Virus record (IMG/VR): IMGVR_UViG_3300045988_070370
Coordinates: 3,495 to 67,494 of that record
Reading direction: 5' to 3' (one strand)
Source of the DNA: a virus
Length of the DNA stretch: 64,000 bases
Both the position numbers and the translations under genes were made by a program. Shown piece after piece: positions 57,868 to 64,000 of the stretch. Position 1 is the first letter of the stretch, and every line of letters begins with the position of its first letter. A model generated the notes under the pieces. It was not told the origin of the DNA, ran no database searches, and saw nothing but the letters and a program-made list of their open reading frames with translations.

Positions 57868-58005
57868 ATGGGCAATGAAGATTTAACGAATTGCATACCT
57901 TGGTATTGTAAACCACACTTTAAATGTGAAGATATACAAGATGGTAAGACGCAGAGAAGAATGCATAGAAAGAATCAACTTAGAAAAAGAAAGGGTAGAT
58001 TATGA
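57868..58005 (+). CDS. Possible 45-aa basic peptide
   Basis: Own reading gives MGNEDLTNCIPWYCKPHFKCEDIQDGKTQRRMHRKNQLRKRKGRL. Its stop overlaps the next ATG (ATGA). Confidence 0.3.
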   Translation: MGNEDLTNCIPWYCKPHFKCEDIQDGKTQRRMHRKNQLRKRKGRL

Positions 58006-58340
58006 TTGACGAAAATAAAATAAAAAATGCAGCACGAAGATATTGTAAAGCTACTTATGGCACTGTCGATGACAATCCTTTCATAGCAGAATCTTTTAGG
58101 AAAGGTGCTAAGTGGGCTATCAACAAGTTCTTGAAAGACTTGTGGCATCCTGCTGAGGAAGAGCCTAATCACGAAGCGATAAGAACCTATATCTTGGGGG
58201 AAACAGAAGCAAGTGAGTCAGGTACACTTCCTATGCTATTAAGACCAAACACAAATTGGAAAGAGTTTGTTGTATCTCATAGTGTTACTCACTGGCTTTA
58301 CGTTGACGATTTGCTTCCAAAGGAAGGAGGAAAACTATGA
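58002..58340 (+). CDS. Hypothetical protein
   Basis: 112 aa. Confidence 0.5.
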   Translation: MIDENKIKNAARRYCKATYGTVDDNPFIAESFRKGAKWAINKFLKDLWHPAEEEPNHEAIRTYILGETEASESGTLPMLLRPNTNWKEFVVSHSVTHWLYVDDLLPKEGGKL

Positions 58341-58552
58341 TTAAGCCAGTAACAATGTACTCTGTCGTATGTGACAGATGTGGAAAGACCTTCACTGATG
58401 AGTTTAATGGCATTGTGGCTTGGGTGGACGAAGGAACTGCAAAAGAACAAGCAATGGAAAGCGAATGGGCAGAGATAGGCGATAAGCACTACTGCCCAGA
58501 CTGCTATGAATTTGACGATAAGTTAGATGAGTATATTCCTAAAAAGAAATGA
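58337..58552 (+). CDS. Small zinc-ribbon protein
   Basis: CDRCGK...HYCPDCY. Confidence 0.5.
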   Translation: MIKPVTMYSVVCDRCGKTFTDEFNGIVAWVDEGTAKEQAMESEWAEIGDKHYCPDCYEFDDKLDEYIPKKK

Positions 58553-58845
58553 GTAAGAAAATGAAACAGAAATTATTAAATATCAGGCACAAGTTAATCG
58601 CTTTGTGGTGGTTCTTGACAAGAAAAAACTACTATCTTTTGTCTTACAATGGAAGAAAAAGTGAATTCTTGGAAAGCGGTAATGTTGTAATTCCAGAGTT
58701 CATCGAATGGGTAAGAAAGAAGCATGGTGTTCCTACCAATCACGAGATAATCATGGAGTTGAAGAATATTGGAAACCTCTGTAGAAGCACAGATATTCTT
58801 GCATATAATGAGATTAAGGCATTGATCAAGAAACTTGAAAAGTAA
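58549..58845 (+). CDS. Hypothetical protein
   Basis: 98 aa. Confidence 0.45.
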   Translation: MSKKMKQKLLNIRHKLIALWWFLTRKNYYLLSYNGRKSEFLESGNVVIPEFIEWVRKKHGVPTNHEIIMELKNIGNLCRSTDILAYNEIKALIKKLEK

Positions 58846-59119
58846 GCGTATGGATAAGTTAGAATACATTCCAGGAGATTTGGTAAATTATATATCTTTG
58901 TATAAAGAACCAGTGGCAGAAATCTGTGAGGTTTGTGAGACATCTTATCTTATAAGATTTATGAAAGGGAATTTTTCGAGAGTAGCAAAAGAAGAACTCA
59001 AACCAATTCCTTTAACTCCAGAGATTTTAGAAAAGAATGGATGGGAATATGATGATGCAACATGGATTTTTAAAAAAGGAAATATTAGTATATTTATACT
59101 TCTTGATGATAAAACTTAA
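58835..59119 (+). CDS. Hypothetical protein
   Basis: 94 aa. Confidence 0.45.
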   Translation: MKSKRMDKLEYIPGDLVNYISLYKEPVAEICEVCETSYLIRFMKGNFSRVAKEELKPIPLTPEILEKNGWEYDDATWIFKKGNISIFILLDDKT

Positions 59120-59223
59120 GCCGCATATCTATTAGGAGTGCGAGTTTTAGAATTTCATTTTGTGCATCAGCTTCAACATCTTCTCTTCGGTCTTGGTATT
59201 AATAACGAAATGGAGGTGTAGGT

Positions 59224-59385
59224 ATGGCAAGATTATATACAAACCATGACCATTATTGCAATATCTGTGGTAAGCGCATAGATGATGGTGAGGATTATTA
59301 CAGATGTTCAAGAAACATTGAAGTATGTCTTCCATGCAACGAAAAATACGGAATATGTAATAGTTGCACATTATGTAATAGATAA
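59224..59385 (+). CDS. Small Cys-rich zinc-finger-like protein (53 aa)
   Basis: Own reading gives MARLYTNHDHYCNICGKRIDDGEDYYRCSRNIEVCLPCNEKYGICNSCTLCNR. It is co-oriented with its neighbours, and I prefer it over the antisense track ORF 59147-59371. Confidence 0.45.
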   Translation: MARLYTNHDHYCNICGKRIDDGEDYYRCSRNIEVCLPCNEKYGICNSCTLCNR

Positions 59386-59419
59386 TTGTTTAACGCCTTC
59401 GGGCATAAATAGATAGAAT

Positions 59420-60460
59420 ATGAATGAAAAAGTAATCACCTCGTACAAGGCTTTCAACAAGAATATGCAATGCCGTAATTTCCAGTACGAAGTTGGAAAA
59501 GAGTATGAAATGGACGGAGAAATTAAGTGTTGTAACCGAGGTTTCCACGCTTGCAAGTCTCCAATGGAAGTGTGGGACCACTACGATATGCTTAACTCTC
59601 GCTATGCAGAGGTAGAACAGTCTGGTAAAATTGATGAAGAAGGAGATTCGACAAAGGTTTGTTCTTCGCATATCAAGATTAAGGCTGAGTTGAAGCTGGC
59701 AGACATCATTAAGGTTGGTGTCGAGTGGCTGAAAGATATTACCTCACCATCAAAGTTTAAGACAGATGGTGCGTTGTATGATAACGGAGACAGAAACAAA
59801 CAGATTGGTTCAAGCGGTGACTATGCTCAGATTGGTTCAAGCGGTTACTCTGCTAAGATTGGTTCAAGCGGTGACTCTGCTCAGATTGGTTCAAGCGGTG
59901 ACTCTGCTCAGATTGGTTCAAGCGGTTACTCTGCTAAGATTGGTTCAAGCGGTGACTATGCTAAGATTGGTTCAAGCGGTGACTATGCTCAGATTGGTTC
60001 AAGCGGTGACTCTGCTCAGAATGGTTCAAGCGGTGACTCTGCTCAGATTGGTTCAAGCGGTGACAATGCTCAGATTGGTTCAAGCGGTGACTCTGCTCAG
60101 ATTGGTTCAAGCGGTGACTCTGCTCAGATTGGTTCAAGCGGTGACTCTGCTCAGATTGGTTCAAGCGGTTACTCTGCTAAGATTGGTTCAAGCGGTGACT
60201 ATGCTAAGATTGGTTCAAGCGGTGACTATGCTAAGATTGATAGCACTGGAGAAGATTCTGTTATTATGTGTGCTGGAAACAAATCCAAAGTCAAAGCAAA
60301 GGTAGGCTCATGGATAACGCTGGCAGAGTGGAAATGGAGCGATGAGAAAAATCATAATGTTCCAGTATGCGTTAAGACAGAGTACGTTGACGGAGAAAAC
60401 ATCAAGGCTGATACTTGGTATCAACTTAAAAACGGAAAATTTGTTGAAGTTCAGAAGTAA
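59420..60460 (+). CDS. Repeat protein: Cys/His N-domain (DUF7666-like) plus 16 x IGSSGxxAx nonapeptide solenoid plus C-terminal beta domain
   Basis: 346 aa. The N-terminal part is YKAFNKNMQCRNFQYEVGKEYEMDGEIKCCNRGFHACKSP. The central part has sixteen 9-aa repeats. Confidence 0.7.
   Translation: MNEKVITSYKAFNKNMQCRNFQYEVGKEYEMDGEIKCCNRGFHACKSPMEVWDHYDMLNSRYAEVEQSGKIDEEGDSTKVCSSHIKIKAELKLADIIKVGVEWLKDITSPSKFKTDGALYDNGDRNKQIGSSGDYAQIGSSGYSAKIGSSGDSAQIGSSGDSAQIGSSGYSAKIGSSGDYAKIGSSGDYAQIGSSGDSAQNGSSGDSAQIGSSGDNAQIGSSGDSAQIGSSGDSAQIGSSGDSAQIGSSGYSAKIGSSGDYAKIGSSGDYAKIDSTGEDSVIMCAGNKSKVKAKVGSWITLAEWKWSDEKNHNVPVCVKTEYVDGENIKADTWYQLKNGKFVEVQK
59804..60235 (+). repeat. 27-bp in-frame tandem repeat, 16 near-identical units
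   Basis: The unit is ATTGGTTCAAGCGGTGACTCTGCTCAG. Variants are limited to GAC/TAC, TCT/TAT/AAT, CAG/AAG and one ATT/AAT. A degenerate 17th unit lies at 60236-60262. Confidence 0.95.
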
Positions 60461-60670
60461 CTAACCATCCTCTCCTTGGCAACAGGGAGAGGGTAAAAAG
60501 AAGAGAATATGATAGATTTGTTGTTGTTGGCAATAAATTCGATAAGGATAAGTAAGATAAAGCTATGGTAGATGTAAGTAATCAGCACTGGAATGAAGAT
60601 GGAAGCATTACTATTATACTGAATAGTATTGAAGAAGTTGAGGAGTTCGTTGAGTGCATAAATATATCAA

Positions 60671-60916
60671 ATGGAGTATATGATGAAGAATAATATTTTA
60701 AACTTAATCAAGTCAGCCGTTTGGTTTGTCTTGTGTTTGCTAGTAGGCGCATTGATATTTGAGGGCATTCGCTCGTTGGCTAATAGCAATAAACCCGCAA
60801 ATAAAATTGGTATGTCAGTATTCACAGAGGAAGGACACGATTATCTGGTTGTGGACACGAAACACGGAGTCTGTGTTATTCACGCAGAAAGTTGCCCTTG
60901 TCGCAAAAATAAGTAG
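60671..60916 (+). CDS. Small membrane protein
   Basis: 81 aa (or a start at MKNN, 60683). The helix is AVWFVLCLLVGALIF. Confidence 0.5.
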   Translation: MEYMMKNNILNLIKSAVWFVLCLLVGALIFEGIRSLANSNKPANKIGMSVFTEEGHDYLVVDTKHGVCVIHAESCPCRKNK

Positions 60917-60919
60917 TAT

Positions 60920-61213
60920 ATGAAAAAATTAATATTAGTAGTACTTGCAACTATTCTTATGATAGGTTGCAAAAAGAGTGGAACTCCAGTTAAAACAACT
61001 GATTCCGAAAACAAGTTTAATGTTGTTAAACTATTTGAGATTGATGGAGTTTCTGTGTACCGGTTTTATGATGGTGGTAATTCTGTGTATTTCACTAATA
61101 GTAATGGTAAAGTACAATCTATAAGCAGACGTACATATTACAACCCAACAACCAAGACTACAATGACAGATATTGAGACGACAGAAACTATATGTAATAA
61201 AGATAACGTATGA
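60920..61213 (+). CDS. Lipoprotein
   Basis: MKKLILVVLATILMIGCKKSG contains a lipobox. Confidence 0.6.
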   Translation: MKKLILVVLATILMIGCKKSGTPVKTTDSENKFNVVKLFEIDGVSVYRFYDGGNSVYFTNSNGKVQSISRRTYYNPTTKTTMTDIETTETICNKDNV

Positions 61214-61470
61214 AAAAACTATTATTAGCGTATGCGATATTACTTGCAGGTTGCGCTGGCAGGACAGAAACCGAGCATAAGCATATCGTGATTAGCAATG
61301 ATTATCAGGACACCTGTATGATTGTTGCTAATGGATATAGAACAATACCAATAGAATGCAAGAAAGGCTGGTCGAAAAGCAAGAGCCATGGAACAATTAC
61401 CATATTCTTGTCCGACAAAGGTAACAGTCAAGTATGTAATGTTAATAAGATAATTTGCAAAATAGAATAA
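61210..61470 (+). CDS. Lipoprotein
   Basis: MKKLLLAYAILLAGCAGR contains a lipobox. Confidence 0.6.
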   Translation: MKKLLLAYAILLAGCAGRTETEHKHIVISNDYQDTCMIVANGYRTIPIECKKGWSKSKSHGTITIFLSDKGNSQVCNVNKIICKIE

Positions 61471-62048
61471 TGAAAATAGAAATTACAAGAGTAACCGACT
61501 GGCAGCGTGTTGTAGATGCCGCTCGGTTTACGCAAGGCAAGAAGTCTTTAGGACGTGAGCCAAGCGATGAGTTCAAGAAACAGATGATTCTCAGCGAGCA
61601 TTCACCGCTCAGAGAATTGGAGTTTGATATTAAAATGTATGGCATACCATACTGGGTGAGCAACCACTTTGTTCGCCACGTCCATGCCCAGCCATTCGTC
61701 TCCACATCACGACCAGATATTACTGGCTCCAAGGTATCTCGCCACGATATGCGTCAGGATGATTTGGTCAACTTGCAGCTATCCCTCAACGCTCAGGAGA
61801 TTATCAATATCTCAAAGCTAAGACTATGCAACAAGGCATCCAAGGAAACAAGAGAGGTATGGTATAAGGTAATTGACGAGTTGGTTCAAATAGAGCCTTA
61901 TCTTGCATCCGCTTGCGTTCCTCAATGCGTTTACAGAGGATTCTGCCCTGAGGCAAAGTCATGTGGCAGAAGTTGTGCTGGAACATTTAAATACAACAGA
62001 CAAATGTATATAAAACAAAACATTTACATACCAGACGAAACCAAATGA
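61470..62048 (+). CDS. Divergent ThyX-like (Thy1-fold) protein with Cys-rich C-terminal extension
   Basis: ORF 61455-62048, with start MKIEITR overlapping the upstream stop (TAATG). [41 protein letters not shown] parallels ThyX GHxxxxEHxxFTFxIxxxSRxxxxQxxRHRxxSxxxxSxRY. [13 protein letters not shown] parallels NARSLxNFxxLR. The tail is [23 protein letters not shown]. Confidence 0.5.
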   Translation: [192 protein letters not shown]

Positions 62049-62236
62049 AATATCCAAAATATAACGTAAACGAATTTATAGGAGGGCATTTCGAGTACAC
62101 CACTCCATGCCATTTCGCCATACAAGGCAGATACACTCACGAAATCCTGATGGTAGGTAGTCTTGCTTGCCAGCGATGTGAATACTATCGAGGTATCAAC
62201 AAAGAAGATTGCATCGTATCTTGCGGAATAGTATAG
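62045..62236 (+). CDS. Small Cys-containing hypothetical protein
   Basis: 63 aa, ATGA-coupled. Confidence 0.45.
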   Translation: MKYPKYNVNEFIGGHFEYTTPCHFAIQGRYTHEILMVGSLACQRCEYYRGINKEDCIVSCGIV

Positions 62237-62281
62237 TGCAGCCTATCTGCACTCATCATAATAATTAATCAGATTAACAAA

Positions 62282-62578
62282 ATGAATACAAAGAAAATCT
62301 CAATTATCCAGCGTATCAAGGAGAAATTCCTTGGCAAGCAGTTCTTTATTGCAGTTATCGCAAACAAGGGAACCAGTTCTTACTTCGTCAACTCTTCTAT
62401 CTACCGCTCTGAGAAGGAAGTGAAGGCTTACAAGAAGTACATCACCACCGATGAGAGAATGAAACAGAGCTTCGATTTCGTAGGCTACTACTCCTTCCGT
62501 TCCAAGTTCGACTTCCGTATTCCTCTTAGCGGAAAGCCAGTATCACTTGAAGAAGCGAAGGAACTGGCAAATAAGTAG
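62282..62578 (+). CDS. Hypothetical protein
   Basis: 98 aa. Confidence 0.5.
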   Translation: MNTKKISIIQRIKEKFLGKQFFIAVIANKGTSSYFVNSSIYRSEKEVKAYKKYITTDERMKQSFDFVGYYSFRSKFDFRIPLSGKPVSLEEAKELANK

Positions 62579-62639
62579 TATCGGAGATAAAGTTAATAGA
62601 TAATACATATCTTATCAATTTACTTATTATTTTTGTGAA

Positions 62640-63080
62640 ATGAAATTCAAATATATAATAGATAAAGTCAATGGTTTCAGGCATCGCAACAATTTTGTGA
62701 TACTGGACGGAAGAGCGAACTCTGTCATACTCTCCAAGGGTATCTACGACCATATCATGCAGAAGGAACGAACAGATTACTCTGTCTTCGTGTTCAGGTT
62801 ATCAGACAGAAGAACATACGGATTCTGTATGCGTGAGGACTGGGAAGAACTTCGCAAGTCAAACACCGCCTTCACTCAGCTTCAATTCAATCAGGAGCAT
62901 AAGAAGGTGGGGTTCCGAAGTGACCTTCCTTCCATCACCGCCATCCTTGATGATTACAATCTTCCGCTCAACAGAATGGTTCGCCTGACCTGTATTCCAC
63001 GTAAGTCAGGCAAAGGCGAGCCATACTACGAAATCATGCGACCAAACTTAAATTCAAGCACATGGCAAGACAAGAAGTAA
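62640..63080 (+). CDS. Hypothetical protein
   Basis: 146 aa. Confidence 0.5.
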   Translation: MKFKYIIDKVNGFRHRNNFVILDGRANSVILSKGIYDHIMQKERTDYSVFVFRLSDRRTYGFCMREDWEELRKSNTAFTQLQFNQEHKKVGFRSDLPSITAILDDYNLPLNRMVRLTCIPRKSGKGEPYYEIMRPNLNSSTWQDKK

Positions 63081-64000
63081 TATTCCAAGGACTCACCAAC
63101 TCTCCATCCGACTATGATTGTCAGGATGGGGAGTTGGCAACCTGCCTCAACCTCATCAACGAGGATGGGGCACTACACCCTATCCACCAGCCAGTAGTAG
63201 CAGAGCCGAACATCACGCTTCCAAACAACTCCTGTTCAATCAGGTACGTACATAATGTGACACATGCGAACAAAAATCATTCACACTATATTGTGAATTG
63301 CACTAACAGTTCTCCTTATTCATGGTACTGGACAGAAAAGGGAGGAGACGGAACACCTCATGAGTTAAACCTCGGAGACTTCAAGGTTAACTCAGTTACT
63401 GCTATAGGAAATATTATTTGCTTTGTAGGAGACAAAAACATACTTTATGCTTTTTGGAATAAAGATTCTTACAATATTTTTAATAAGAACGCATTCAACT
63501 ATACTTTTTCCGTAACAAACACGTCAGGAGTTGAAGTTGATGCCATAGCTCAACTTGGCGATGATTTTCAAGGTTGCTTTTGGACGTCATCTTTTGGTTC
63601 GCAAGATTACGATAATTTGATTTTTGAAGGAACCAAACCAAATGGAACTAAAACAATTTGGAATGCCATTGACTCAATGATTAATAAGGCTATGAGTGAA
63701 AATGGAAATACTTACTTCAAATATTTAGTATTTGGAGTAGTTGCTTTGAGACTATACGATGGAACTTATAGTAACATTTCAAACTTGTTCGTCCTTTGCC
63801 CAAAGGATAATCTAAATAACAGCTTTTATTATAACGCAGACAAAGAGACAATAAAAAATACAGAATACTATAAATTTGTTCGTGCCAGCGGCTATATTCA
63901 CAGACATCGGATAAATGTTCAACTCGACCTAACTGGTATAGAAGATTTTGTTCAAGGAGTAGATGTTTTCCTAACAAAAGGAACTGATTTTCTTTACTTA
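63062..64000 (+). CDS. Large hypothetical protein, 5' part only (open to window end)
   Basis: Own translation from the ATG at 63062 gives MARQEVIFQGLTNSPSDYDCQDGELATCLNLINEDGALHPIHQP..., 313 codons with no stop before position 64000. It is absent from the ORF track. GC drops after about 63400. Confidence 0.6.
   Translation, partial: MARQEVIFQGLTNSPSDYDCQDGELATCLNLINEDGALHPIHQPVVAEPNITLPNNSCSIRYVHNVTHANKNHSHYIVNCTNSSPYSWYWTEKGGDGTPHELNLGDFKVNSVTAIGNIICFVGDKNILYAFWNKDSYNIFNKNAFNYTFSVTNTSGVEVDAIAQLGDDFQGCFWTSSFGSQDYDNLIFEGTKPNGTKTIWNAIDSMINKAMSENGNTYFKYLVFGVVALRLYDGTYSNISNLFVLCPKDNLNNSFYYNADKETIKNTEYYKFVRASGYIHRHRINVQLDLTGIEDFVQGVDVFLTKGTDFLYL

Noticed and set aside
59147-59371. A 74-aa minus-strand track ORF.
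   Set aside because: It is the only antisense ORF in a long plus-strand operon. A co-oriented 53-aa Cys-rich ORF (59224-59385) explains the region better.
59804-60235. Possible CRISPR array.
   Set aside because: The repeats are directly abutting 27-mers with no spacers, in frame within a protein, and there are no cas genes.
59766-60305. A 179-aa ORF (LVQAVTLLRLVQAV...) and the antisense 59961-60164 ORF (NQSEQSHRL...) across the 27-bp repeats.
   Set aside because: They are alternative-frame readings of the same tandem repeat. The frame continuous with real flanking domains is 59420-60460.
60469-60492. The hairpin CCTCTCC-N9-GGAGAGG after the repeat-protein gene, as a terminator.
   Set aside because: It is not followed by a U-tract, and the operon appears to continue. 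It may only be a weak attenuator.
1-64000. Stop-codon reassignment (TAG or TGA recoding), as seen in some gut phages.
   Set aside because: A 5,684-codon ORF and all other genes read cleanly in the standard code with normal stops. The only tRNA is not a stop-suppressor by anticodon.

Overview
The whole window is one segment of a temperate tailed-phage genome, probably podovirus-like. Its expression signals look Bacteroidota-type: TAnnTTTG -7 boxes sit 12-35 nt upstream of operon-initial ATGs, there is no Shine-Dalgarno, the tyrosine integrase is Bacteroides-type, and the SSB is DUF3127-like. Layout in order: (1) a lysis cassette of holin, GH19-like endolysin and u-spanin-like lipoprotein (1-1226, minus). 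(2) A head module of scaffold, major capsid protein, two small proteins and portal (1295-7778, minus). (3) A divergent plus-strand operon with a phage-encoded rhomboid protease, TerL and Gly/Ser-linked tail fibres ending in a low-GC distal cassette (7920-15687). (4) A minus-strand block of small unknown or virion genes (15933-19956). (5) An ejection-protein operon (20199-39073, minus) dominated by one 17,055-nt ORF of 5,684 aa. This ORF reads as a polyvalent protein: two HExxH zincins, a pyrophosphatase-like module, three YH[GY][ST] modules and a complete C5 cytosine methyltransferase, with modules separated by a recurring [KRS]FS[LI][KR] motif. (6) An integration and lysogeny region (39235-48132) with RNase H, integrase and attP-like repeats, a repressor operon carrying a secreted retropepsin-like/TPR protein and tail-anchored small proteins, a Cro-like gene, a Rha/KilAC antirepressor and an Xis-like HTH. 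(7) A tRNA-Gly-like gene with an apparent 8-nt anticodon loop, followed by about 600 nt of hairpin-rich non-coding DNA (48378-49060). (8) A long plus-strand early operon (49061-63080) with a Rad52-like annealase, PD-(D/E)XK exonuclease, SSB, VRR-NUC, a fragmented C5-MTase locus, a MazG-like gene, a 27-bp tandem-repeat protein, lipoproteins and a divergent ThyX-like gene. (9) The 5' part of another large gene at the window end. I saw no rRNA, CRISPR array, transposase or reverse transcriptase. All functional calls come from reading motifs by eye. No database search or folding program was run.
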